Positions 36,993 to 45,689 of a DNA stretch of 64,000 nt are shown in pieces. Source of the stretch: Myxococcales bacterium (GTDB lineage Bacteria > Myxococcota_A > UBA9160 > UBA4427). Location of the stretch: the NCBI GenBank assembly GCA_012959805.1, contig DUCN01000018.1, forward strand, positions 21,415 to 85,414, written 5' to 3'. The stretch's first letter is position 1, and each line of letters begins with the position of its first letter. The position numbers were made by a program, and so were the translations under genes. The notes beneath the pieces are model-generated. The model worked only from the letters and a program-made list of their open reading frames with translations. It was not told the DNA's origin and did no database searches.

Positions 36993-37731
36993 CATTCAGC
37001 CTGGCCATCTCCTCTTGGATGCTGGCTGCGGCGAAGGACGACATTGTTTCGGTGCGATCGCCCGCGGCGCAAGTGTCGTCGGCCTGGATCTCGACCTCGA
37101 CTCGATTCGCATACCGTCGAAGATCATTCGCACGAGGGGCCAGGAACAGAACGTGTTGGGCAGCATTCTGCAGGGAGACGCTTTTCATCTCCCCTTCGCA
37201 GATGCCAGCTTCGATCGAATTATTTGTTCCGAGGTGATGGAACACGTCCACGACTATCCAGCGGCGATCGCCGAGCTGGCACGAATCGCGAAGCCCGGCG
37301 CACGGGTTGCGATCACGATCCCCACTGCCACCAGTGAGCACCTCTATCTCCGACTCGGCGACGAATATTTCGAGAGCCCGGGAGGCCATATTCGAATCTT
37401 TCGCCCAAGGGACCTCGCGAAAGCGATGTTTACAGCGGGTTTTGAAACTCGGGGTTGCGGTTTCGCGCATGGCTTCCACACGCCCTATTGGGTCCTCCGA
37501 TCGGCCATGCATCTGCCAGACGCCGATCAAAGCGCGATGGTGCGTGGGTATCGCGATTTTCTGATTCGCGCGACCGCCTCGAAGCTCATGAATCGCCTCG
37601 AAAGCGTCCTGAATTTCGTCTGCCCCAAGAGCATCATCGTCTACGGCCAGAAGCGGGCCGGAGCCTCTGCAAGTCTCGAGGACTCTCGTCCGACGACGGC
37701 GAACACAGAAACGACCGCGGCGGCCGCCTAA
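36961..37731 (+). CDS. Class I SAM-dependent methyltransferase
   Basis: Motif I LLDAGCGEGRH, plus FDRIICSEVMEHV. Confidence 0.8.
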   Translation: MLLTVDLERLDIQPGHLLLDAGCGEGRHCFGAIARGASVVGLDLDLDSIRIPSKIIRTRGQEQNVLGSILQGDAFHLPFADASFDRIICSEVMEHVHDYPAAIAELARIAKPGARVAITIPTATSEHLYLRLGDEYFESPGGHIRIFRPRDLAKAMFTAGFETRGCGFAHGFHTPYWVLRSAMHLPDADQSAMVRGYRDFLIRATASKLMNRLESVLNFVCPKSIIVYGQKRAGASASLEDSRPTTANTETTAAAA

Positions 37732-37733
37732 CC

Positions 37734-39041
37734 ATGCCGCGCCCTCTGCGCATCGCGTACGTCGCATACCGAGGCAACATGAACTCGGGCGGCCAGGGAA
37801 TCTATCTATGGTTCCTCGCCCGAGAAATGGCCCGGCTTGGGCATGAAGTCAGCATCTTCGTCGGACCGCCCTACCCCGATTCGATGCCCTTTGCGAGAGT
37901 CGAAGAACTGCCCAATCGACAGCTCTGGGCAAAATGGGTTCTCGGCCAGAAGGATCAAATCGTCCGCGCAAGCAAGCCAGGCGAGATTTTCTCGCCCCTC
38001 AACTTTTACGAACTCGGCGCTAGCCGACTCGGCTTCCTTCCGGAACCCTTCGCTTTCAGCCTGCGGGCCTTTCATCGCCTGACTCGAAGAATTCGCGCCG
38101 GCGGTCATTTCGATCTGGTCCACGATGTTCAATGCCTAGGCTATGGACTTCTCGGCCTTCGCGCCCTCGGCCTTCCCGTCGTCACCACGGTGCATCACCC
38201 GCTCACCGTCGATCGCCGTGCATCCTTCATTCGCGACGAGACTTTCGATGACGTACTCGGAACGATGAAATTTTATCCCGTCGGAATGCAGGCCTTCGTC
38301 GCGCGCCAGCTCGACTGCGTTCTCACGTCCTCCGAAGCCAGTGCGCGACAGATCGTTCAAGATTTCGGCGTAAGACCGGATCGGATCAGGAATGTCCGCA
38401 ACGGCCTGGACACCGAGCTCTTCTCCCCCAGCGCTGACTCAATGCGAAGCGAAAGCGAGCTTCTCTGCGTGGGTCGGTCTGCCGACCCTAACAAAGGCAT
38501 CCGCACCCTGATTCATGCCCTGGCCCGTCTGCCCGCACATATCAAGCTGACCCTCGTGGACGATGACAGCCCTGAGAACCAGGTTCGTCGCTGGGCTCGA
38601 GAGGTTGGTGTCGAATCTCGACTTTTGCTCACAGGGCGCGTGGAAGCAGCGGAACTCGTCGAGCTCTATCGCCGGGCCTCCGTCGTTGTCGTCCCCTCAC
38701 GTTACGAGGGATTTGGACTTCCCGCCGTTGAAGCCATGGCCTGCGAAACGCCCGTCATCGCAACCAACGCGGGCGCACTCCCAGAGGTCATCGGCCTAAC
38801 AGAGGGTGGGGTCCTCGCGGAACGCGACGACCCGGCAGCGCTAGCAGCAGCCATCCGAATGCTTCTTGAGAACACGGAAGCACGGGCTGTAATGGGCAAA
38901 CGGGGTCGAGAACGCGTCGTCGAAAAGCTCTCCTGGCCACAGATCGCAGCAGCTACCGCCGCGGTCTACGCGGAGACAGTCGATTCTTCGCGGCGAGGCC
39001 GGCCGACGACGACAATCACATCCGACAGCGTCGGCCACTGA
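37734..39041 (+). CDS. Glycosyltransferase family 4 (paralogue of 35733..36992)
   Basis: ATG 37734 lies 2 nt after the methyltransferase stop. YRGNMNSGGQGIY loop and SRYEGFGLPAVEAMACE. The longest ORF (from 37455) is an out-of-context extension. Confidence 0.8.
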   Translation: MPRPLRIAYVAYRGNMNSGGQGIYLWFLAREMARLGHEVSIFVGPPYPDSMPFARVEELPNRQLWAKWVLGQKDQIVRASKPGEIFSPLNFYELGASRLGFLPEPFAFSLRAFHRLTRRIRAGGHFDLVHDVQCLGYGLLGLRALGLPVVTTVHHPLTVDRRASFIRDETFDDVLGTMKFYPVGMQAFVARQLDCVLTSSEASARQIVQDFGVRPDRIRNVRNGLDTELFSPSADSMRSESELLCVGRSADPNKGIRTLIHALARLPAHIKLTLVDDDSPENQVRRWAREVGVESRLLLTGRVEAAELVELYRRASVVVVPSRYEGFGLPAVEAMACETPVIATNAGALPEVIGLTEGGVLAERDDPAALAAAIRMLLENTEARAVMGKRGRERVVEKLSWPQIAAATAAVYAETVDSSRRGRPTTTITSDSVGH

Positions 39042-39772
39042 CGCGCGATCGCGTCGAGACCTCGGAGCATGACCATCGCCACAGGTTTCGGTAAACGGCA
39101 GACCACGGTTGCCCAGCCCGGCAGACCCCAACCGATTGAAATGCCCTGAACCGATTCAACATCGACGTGCTTCGCCGCCTGTTCACGCATCAGGTCGAGT
39201 TCGTAGCGAGTGAAATGATCGCTGGGGGTATCGTATCCGCGACGTCCACGAAGGGGACCTAGCCCTAGCCAATCTTCCCGAAAACGATCGAGCGCCCGAG
39301 TGACGCGGCACGCCAGAGAATCAAAGTTGGCAATCGCAAGGACGACCCGTCCGTCCGGCTTGGTCACGCGCGCCATTTCGGCGATCGCCGACTCCGGATC
39401 ATCAAAATGATCCATGGCGCCTTTACAAAAAGCGGCGTCAAAGGACTGGTCTCCGAATGGCAGCTCATCCGCCCAGCCACGAACCCAGCTTGGCCTCGCC
39501 TCACCCTCCTGAATGCTCGCGCCGCCAAAGGCCTCGGCCATCGCTGTCATTCTCGCCGAGGGCTCTGCACCCACGACGGTCGCGCCCTCCCGAACCAGTG
39601 CAATTGAATCCTGACCGACCCCGCTCGCGACATCGAGAATCAAGCGCCCCGGGTCGGCGCAGGTCGCCCATAACGTGACTTCCGTCATCCGCGCAAAAAG
39701 AAATTCACTATCCGGTGACATTCCTGTTGGAATGACATCACTCATATCCCGATCCAGATCGACCACTCGCAT
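38966..39772 (-). CDS. Class I SAM-dependent methyltransferase
   Basis: Motif I ILDVASGVGQDS, plus FDAAFCKGAMDHF. Confidence 0.75.
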   Translation of the reverse strand: MRVVDLDRDMSDVIPTGMSPDSEFLFARMTEVTLWATCADPGRLILDVASGVGQDSIALVREGATVVGAEPSARMTAMAEAFGGASIQEGEARPSWVRGWADELPFGDQSFDAAFCKGAMDHFDDPESAIAEMARVTKPDGRVVLAIANFDSLACRVTRALDRFREDWLGLGPLRGRRGYDTPSDHFTRYELDLMREQAAKHVDVESVQGISIGWGLPGWATVVCRLPKPVAMVMLRGLDAIARQWPTLSDVIVVVGRPRREESTVSA

Positions 39773-39861
39773 GGGCGGACTCTAGCAGCGCAAAGCACGC
39801 TCGGAGCACCGGGACATCGCGGATCTGGGCGAAAGTTCCGCCCCCCGGTACACTCCGCCCA

Positions 39862-41199
39862 ATGGATGCTCCGGCCGCCAATTCCGCCCCGAGCGCCAAC
39901 AGCGCCAAGTCCAAGAACGGTCCCTCCGATTTATCAGCCCGAGCTGGCGAAAACGTCGAGAACGACGGCACCGCCAAAACGACCGCTGATCGATTCGGCA
40001 CCTTCTTCGTTGTTTCGATCGGTCTACTCGCACTGTTCGCCAGCTATTTTGGGTCGATTCGACTCGTCGAGATCGCCCTTGAACGCGAGATCCAGGCGCG
40101 AGTCGAGAACGCAATCGTCGTGACCCATTTCAATCGCCCGGTCATCCCGCAGGTCAAGGAACGCATCGACCGCTCCGTTCGTAACTCTCGCTGGATCAAA
40201 TTCGGCGGCCTACGCGTTTCGACCCTTGTACTCGCCCGAGACGGCGTCACCTGGCTCTACGTAGACGGCCACGGCACTCCGCCCACGCCCGAAGGCCTGG
40301 CGCCCACGGATATGATCGGGGAGTGGCTCAACTATCTTCCGGCCACCGCCGAAGTCTCGGTGACGCTCCCACATACCGCTCCGATTTCAAATGCGATCCT
40401 ATTCGTCTTCACAGCCGTGTTCCTTCGATTCGCCTACCTCGCCAATCAGCACCAATCCGGGCAAGAATCCGAACGTCTCGAGGAAGCGCTGAGAGTGCGA
40501 GATCAGGCGGCACGCCGAACAGAGGAAATCGAATTCGAACTCGCGGCGACACGTATGCGCCTTTCTGAAATCGTTCCAATCGAGCGAGAACACGGTGAAG
40601 AGATCGATGCGCTTCAGCAAGAACGCGAGAATCTTCAAAGAAAGCTCATCGACCTGGCCGCACGGGAAGAATCCCTTCGCGGTGAGGCTGACTCCGCCAC
40701 CGAACTGGCCAGCGAGGTTCGAACTCTCGAAGATCTGCTCGAGGAAGCCACCGGAGATCTCGACGCAAGGGATGGCGAGATCGGACGGCTCGAACAGAGC
40801 TTGCGCAAAGCCTCCAAGGCTTCCGATCGCGCGGAGAATGCAAAGGTAAAAGCCGTGGAGCTCATGGCTCGCCGATTTCGAACTCTCTACAAAACGATCG
40901 AGATCGATGATCGAGCCATCACCGACATCAGTTCACTCGGTGACGAATCGCTCCGACTCAAAGCCGAGGAAAGCGTGAAGCGACTGGCCGAGGAAGCCGA
41001 CAATGTGGCGGTTCGACGCAAAGTCGGTGGTCTTCCCGGTTACGTTCAGGTCTTTGAACTCGGTTTCGCGGGCAAGGGTCGTATCTATTACACACGCGGA
41101 AAATCGAAACGATTTCGGATTCTCCTGGTTGGCGCCAAGAACAGCCAGCCCACTGACCTCGAGTATCTATCACGGCTGCCAAAATCAGAGTTCAGCTGA
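39862..41199 (+). CDS. Membrane-anchored coiled-coil protein with C-terminal RelE/ParE/HigB(Gp49)-like domain
   Basis: TM1 FGTFFVVSIGLLALFASYFGSI, an extracytoplasmic loop of about 100 aa, and TM2 ISNAILFVFTAVFLRFAYLA. A heptad-rich segment of about 140 aa follows (ERLEEALRVRDQAARR..LEQSLRKASK). The last ~110 aa carry the toxin-like pattern VGGLPGYVQVFELGFAGKGRIYYTR..RILLVGAKNSQPTDLEYL. Confidence 0.6.
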   Translation: MDAPAANSAPSANSAKSKNGPSDLSARAGENVENDGTAKTTADRFGTFFVVSIGLLALFASYFGSIRLVEIALEREIQARVENAIVVTHFNRPVIPQVKERIDRSVRNSRWIKFGGLRVSTLVLARDGVTWLYVDGHGTPPTPEGLAPTDMIGEWLNYLPATAEVSVTLPHTAPISNAILFVFTAVFLRFAYLANQHQSGQESERLEEALRVRDQAARRTEEIEFELAATRMRLSEIVPIEREHGEEIDALQQERENLQRKLIDLAAREESLRGEADSATELASEVRTLEDLLEEATGDLDARDGEIGRLEQSLRKASKASDRAENAKVKAVELMARRFRTLYKTIEIDDRAITDISSLGDESLRLKAEESVKRLAEEADNVAVRRKVGGLPGYVQVFELGFAGKGRIYYTRGKSKRFRILLVGAKNSQPTDLEYLSRLPKSEFS

Positions 41200-41215
41200 T
41201 CAGCCAACGCCAGCG

Positions 41216-41623
41216 TTAGTCGTTTGCAAGGCCGACGGCTCGCCGCAGAGTCGTTCGCAACTCCATATCATCCCAGGGCTTCGACAACATCCCGAAGAGA
41301 TCCGCGGCATTCAATTCAGCGGCCGGAATTTCGTCCGTCCAGCCACTCAAGAGCATGCGCTTAGTGGAGGGCCAATCCGAGCGAATCATCGTGAGTAGCT
41401 CCACACCGCTCATTCCCGGCATGCAATAATCGGAGATCACCAACGCAATGGTGCCCTCGGCCAATCGTTCGAGGGCCTCCCGCGCATTGCGCGCCGTTTG
41501 AATCGTCACCTTCTCGCGACGCAGCCCACGTCGCAGCGCAGAGAGGACATGTGGATCGTCATCCACGAGCAAGACGACCGGCTCATCCACCACGCTCACC
41601 CCCTCAGCGTCCGGCCGCTTCAT
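41216..41623 (-). CDS. Stand-alone response regulator receiver protein
   Basis: VVLLVDDDPHV..LVISDYCMPGMSG..SKPW. No output domain. Overlaps the 3' end of the upstream kinase gene. Confidence 0.85.
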   Translation of the reverse strand: MKRPDAEGVSVVDEPVVLLVDDDPHVLSALRRGLRREKVTIQTARNAREALERLAEGTIALVISDYCMPGMSGVELLTMIRSDWPSTKRMLLSGWTDEIPAAELNAADLFGMLSKPWDDMELRTTLRRAVGLAND

Positions 41624-43799
41624 CTGGCCCCGGCCCCACCAGCGGCAGTCTCACTTCGAAGGTCGCTCCCCGGCCGACCTCGCTCTCGACCAGAATGCGT
41701 CCGCCATGGCGCTCCACAATGCTGAATGACGTCGAGAGACCGAGGCCTGTCCCGGCACCCACAGGCTTCGTCGTAAAGAAGGGTTCAAAGATATGTGGGA
41801 GGTCGTCTTCTGCGATTCCCAACCCACTATCGATGATCCGAATCACGACTTCGTCATCGACGCTCGAAGTCTCCAGTCGAATTACACCGGGTTCATCCGT
41901 TCCCCGAGACTCGATGGCCTGATAGGCGTTCACGAGCAGATTCATGAAGACCTGCTTGATCTGCATCGGATACGCCGCGATTTTTGGCAACTCTCCGTAA
42001 TCCTTCTCGAACTCGACGCGATGTTTCATCATCGTAAAGACAATATTCGCCGTGGAATCCAAGGCCTGATTGAGATCCGCGGGTGTCCGAGCGGGAAGAT
42101 CCGCGCGAGAGAAATCACGCAGATCTTTCACGATATGGCGAATGCGATCGGCGCCTTCACTCGATTCGAGCAGAGCTTTCTCGAAGTCCGCGCGGACATA
42201 GTCGAGATCGATTTCCCGCGCGAGCACTCGGACATCGTCCGCGGCCGCGCGAATGACTTCGAGATCTCCTTCCATCGCGACCTGGTGAAGTCGGTCCGTT
42301 GCCTCGAAGTACTTGTTCAGGTCTCCAAGATACTCAGACATCTGATGAAGGTTCGCGTGAATGAAACCCATCGGGTTATTGACTTCATGCGCCACGCCTG
42401 CGGCGAGCTGCCCAATCGAAGCCATCTTCTCGGTCTGCCGAACCTGCTGTTCGAGTTCCTTGATCTCCGAGAGATCTTGGAAGACGGCAACCACGCCATG
42501 AGAGACGCCCTGCGCATCAAGACGCGGAGAGCACGACAATCCGATGGGAATCCACTTTCCGTCTGCACGCAGAAGCAGCGTCTCAGCACCGCGACTCCGC
42601 GTGCCGTTCTCGAGACATGCCTCGATCGGGTTAGAATCTTCGTCCTCCGCGGCAAACCAATCGGCGATCTGTCGGCCGCTCACACCATCACTTAACGCTC
42701 CATCTTCTCCAGCAAGGATTCGCTCTGCCGCCGGATTGGCAAAAGAAATTCGTCCCGCTAGATCGACCACGATCAGTGCGCTGTTGATGTTCTCGATAAT
42801 GTCGCGGGTCTCGCGACGAGCAACATCGAGTCGGTCTGTAAGCCATTCACTTTCGGTCACATCCGAAATCAGAAATATCCGTCGAGCGCCCTCTTCGATC
42901 GCGCGGCGCCTGATCTCATAGACCCGGGTCTCGCCCTCGACTTCTTCAACGCGGACGACCTCAGCCGGAGCCCTGGAGGAATCGGTTCCCGAATGGGAAA
43001 CCGATTCTTTTTCGATCCTTTCCGACAACGCGATGGGAATTCGCGCAACCAGGAACTCGGACGCCGCGGCGGGTCCCGAGTTCTGGGGCGGGAACATTCG
43101 CGAGAACTCCGCATTCTCGGCAACGATCAGTCCGCCTGGATCCAACACGACCATGCCCGTTGGCATCTCGGTCACGATCGCCGCGTAGAGACCTTCCAGT
43201 TGTTGAATTCGCTGATCCGAGACGCGCTTCTGACGATGGACTCTCCAGCCACGCACCTGTTCGAGCAAGACGAGGGGAAGGACGCGCTCAAACTCCGGAC
43301 CGAAATAGACACAATCCGAGGCGCCCGCTCGGAACGCTTCCAACGATTCTTCCTCAGCACCATCGGAAACAATCACGACAGACGGAGGTCCTGTGGCTTG
43401 AATTTCGCTCAGCAGGTCGACCATGTCTGCGATGTCTAGCCGATCGAGGAGTACGAGATCGATCGATGAATCTGCGCACAACAGACGAAGCGCGTCAGGG
43501 CTCTGCGCCCGCAACAATTCGACCGGATCCCCGAGTCGAGCCAATCCCGCCGTCGTCTCGACGGCCATCGGTGGCAGTTCCGCCTCATCACTCCGCCCGG
43601 CACCTTGGCCGGGAACAATGACCACAATCCGGATCACGCCGAGGGGAGATTCGGCTTCGAGAATTTTATTCTTATGCATCGCGATGCGAAGCCACTCCTG
43701 CAAACGGATCCATCGATCCGGACTGTATCCGAGGACATGTACAAGCAGGGGCCAGACAGAGTAGCCGATCGCGTGAGTGCGTTCACATCGGCCGATCAT
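41604..43799 (-). CDS. PAS-domain sensor histidine kinase with N-terminal degenerate receiver-like domain
   Basis: Two PAS-like regions, H-box LAAGVAHEVNNPMGFI and HATPase_c (GTGLGLSTSFSIV). The N-terminal ~150 aa have receiver-like topology without the acidic pocket. An alternative start is ATG 43679 (MHKNKIL..). Confidence 0.8.
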   Translation of the reverse strand: MIGRCERTHAIGYSVWPLLVHVLGYSPDRWIRLQEWLRIAMHKNKILEAESPLGVIRIVVIVPGQGAGRSDEAELPPMAVETTAGLARLGDPVELLRAQSPDALRLLCADSSIDLVLLDRLDIADMVDLLSEIQATGPPSVVIVSDGAEEESLEAFRAGASDCVYFGPEFERVLPLVLLEQVRGWRVHRQKRVSDQRIQQLEGLYAAIVTEMPTGMVVLDPGGLIVAENAEFSRMFPPQNSGPAAASEFLVARIPIALSERIEKESVSHSGTDSSRAPAEVVRVEEVEGETRVYEIRRRAIEEGARRIFLISDVTESEWLTDRLDVARRETRDIIENINSALIVVDLAGRISFANPAAERILAGEDGALSDGVSGRQIADWFAAEDEDSNPIEACLENGTRSRGAETLLLRADGKWIPIGLSCSPRLDAQGVSHGVVAVFQDLSEIKELEQQVRQTEKMASIGQLAAGVAHEVNNPMGFIHANLHQMSEYLGDLNKYFEATDRLHQVAMEGDLEVIRAAADDVRVLAREIDLDYVRADFEKALLESSEGADRIRHIVKDLRDFSRADLPARTPADLNQALDSTANIVFTMMKHRVEFEKDYGELPKIAAYPMQIKQVFMNLLVNAYQAIESRGTDEPGVIRLETSSVDDEVVIRIIDSGLGIAEDDLPHIFEPFFTTKPVGAGTGLGLSTSFSIVERHGGRILVESEVGRGATFEVRLPLVGPGPDEAAGR

Positions 43800-43861
43800 T
43801 TGGCGGGTCGACGACGTTCTCCTACACTGAACAGACCCCCTCCGCGAAGCGGAGAACTGCC

Positions 43862-45259
43862 CTGCAGAAATCCTACGTCCTCGTCGTTGACGACGAAGAA
43901 CTCTATCGCCGCGCCATCGGACGCATCCTTCACCGCGTCGGTCGCGAAGTCTTGATGGCCCGTGACGGCGCCGATGCTCTGCAACAAATTGCTGAGCACT
44001 CGATCGATCTCGTGCTGTGTGATATCCAGATGCCCGGAATAAACGGACTGGAACTCGTGCGCCAGATTCACGACGTCGAACCGGATCTGCCCTGCATCGT
44101 CATGACCGGGTACAACACACCCGAGAATTCCGTCGAAGCCCTTCAGGCCGGGGCGTTCTGGTATCTTGAGAAGCCCTTCGAACAAGACCGCCTCGATGTC
44201 GTGCGACAACTCGTCGCGCAAGCCATCGAACACGGCCACCTGAAATCCGAGAATCGACATCTGCAGCGCCAGCTCCGCTCACGCCACAAATTCGACAGCA
44301 TCATTGGCAAGAGCGCCAGCCTCGGCCGAACCCTTGCCATCGTCGAACGCGTCGCGGATACCGAGAGCACCGTCCTCATCACAGGGGAAAGCGGAACAGG
44401 CAAGGAACTCGTCGCTCGCGCCCTGCACTACAACAGTCGACGCGCCGAGCGCAAACTGGTCACCGTCAACTGCGGCGCAATTCCCGAAGAACTACTCGAA
44501 TCCGAACTCTTCGGCCACGTAAAGGGTGCCTTCACTAACGCCGTCAATCATCGCGATGGTCGTTTCACCGTCGCCCACCGGGGTACCATCTTTCTCGACG
44601 AGATTGGTGACATGAGCCCCAATCTCCAGGTCAAACTGCTGCGGGTGCTCCAAGAACGCACGTTCGAGCCGGTCGGCTCGTCCAAGACGATCAAGGTCGA
44701 TGTCCGAATCATCGCGGCCACGCATCAAGATCTCCCCAAGCTCATCCGCGAAGGACGTTTCCGAGAGGACCTCTACTACCGCCTGAATGTCCTTCCGATC
44801 GAAGTCCCAGCCCTTCGAGACCGCAGCGGCGACCTCCCCCTGCTGATTCATCATTTCCTCGACGTGGCCCGCCTTGAGCGCGGTTCTCGCGTCGACGGCG
44901 TCACCGACGAGGCGATGCAGCGACTTATCGACTATCACTGGCCCGGTAACGTTCGCGAGCTCGAGAACCTGATTGAGCGAATGACCGTGCTCGTCGAACT
45001 CGGCGAGATCCAATTGGAAGATCTTCCCGCACACATCATGGCCGAACCCAAAATTCAGGGCTCGGCGCCACGCGTGCCCTCGAGTGGACTCGATTTCAAC
45101 ACCGTCGTCGGCCACTTCGAGTCCGATCTCATCAAACAAGCTCTCGAACACACCCACTGGAACAAAAACCGCGCCGCCGGCCTGCTCGGACTGAATCGAA
45201 CGACCCTGCTCGAGAAGATCAAGAAGCGGGGCATCACACCGCCAGAAGACGCGGATTAG
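43862..45259 (+). CDS. Sigma54-dependent response regulator (NtrC family), probable CTG start
   Basis: In-frame upstream of the first ATG/GTG/TTG (43952) the sequence encodes (L)QKSYVLVVDDEELYRRAIGRIL, the indispensable beta1/acidic pocket of the receiver. CTG 43862 sits 7 nt after GGAG (43851-43854). The AAA+ domain has GESGTGKELVARALH, a GAFTNA variant of GAFTGA, and a C-terminal HTH (NKNRAAGLLGLNRTTLLEKIKK). Confidence 0.8.
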   Translation: MQKSYVLVVDDEELYRRAIGRILHRVGREVLMARDGADALQQIAEHSIDLVLCDIQMPGINGLELVRQIHDVEPDLPCIVMTGYNTPENSVEALQAGAFWYLEKPFEQDRLDVVRQLVAQAIEHGHLKSENRHLQRQLRSRHKFDSIIGKSASLGRTLAIVERVADTESTVLITGESGTGKELVARALHYNSRRAERKLVTVNCGAIPEELLESELFGHVKGAFTNAVNHRDGRFTVAHRGTIFLDEIGDMSPNLQVKLLRVLQERTFEPVGSSKTIKVDVRIIAATHQDLPKLIREGRFREDLYYRLNVLPIEVPALRDRSGDLPLLIHHFLDVARLERGSRVDGVTDEAMQRLIDYHWPGNVRELENLIERMTVLVELGEIQLEDLPAHIMAEPKIQGSAPRVPSSGLDFNTVVGHFESDLIKQALEHTHWNKNRAAGLLGLNRTTLLEKIKKRGITPPEDAD

Positions 45260-45583
45260 GCCGTCCAAGGCGCGCCGGGTAAAGCCACTCGCCCGCTTGC
45301 CGATCGCCTTCCCGGTTTCAGCACGCCCGCGAGCCACGGCGTTCGCTTTCGAACCGCTTTGCTTCATCCTGACTGACCAATGTCGGTGAGTTGACGTTTC
45401 TGCGTGCGAGCTGCCGCCGATGCCACTCCAGGCGGCACCATGGCCTTGAAATTTATTGCGTATTCGCGTGATGACGATCGAATCCGAATCTTTAGGAAAT
45501 TCAAAGACTTTTCGCCTTTTCGGCCAATCGCCTCGCAAGTATTTTTCGAAACTCGGGCCTTCCCTCCAACTTTAAATCATTTT

Positions 45584-45599
45584 TGGCACGCCTCGTGCT
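45584..45599 (+). promoter_or_regulatory. Sigma54 (-24/-12) promoter
   Basis: TGGCAC-gcctc-gTGCTt against consensus TGGCAC-N5-TTGCW. About 90 nt upstream of ATG 45690 and preceded by an AT-rich tract. Confidence 0.6.
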
Positions 45600-45689
45600 T
45601 AGTCATGCGTCTGTCAGGCAACGACATCGCATCGATCGTCGAAGCCACAAACAAAAGCTGCCGATTCATGACACTGGCCGCAGAACAAA

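Noticed and set aside
36565-37767. 400-aa minus-strand ORF
   Set aside because: It is antisense to the 3' end of the first glycosyltransferase and to the whole methyltransferase gene. The sequence is Arg-rich and motif-free.
39829-39846. Possible sigma54 promoter (TGGGCGaaagttccGCc) upstream of the coiled-coil/RelE-like gene
   Set aside because: The -12 TTGC is replaced by CCGC and -24 is poor. It also sits too close to the ATG (about 15 nt).
44492-45538. 348-aa minus-strand ORF
   Set aside because: It is antisense to the NtrC-type activator over most of its length, has no recognisable motifs and has wrong-frame composition. The part in the intergenic region (45260-45538) is Arg/Gly-rich noise.
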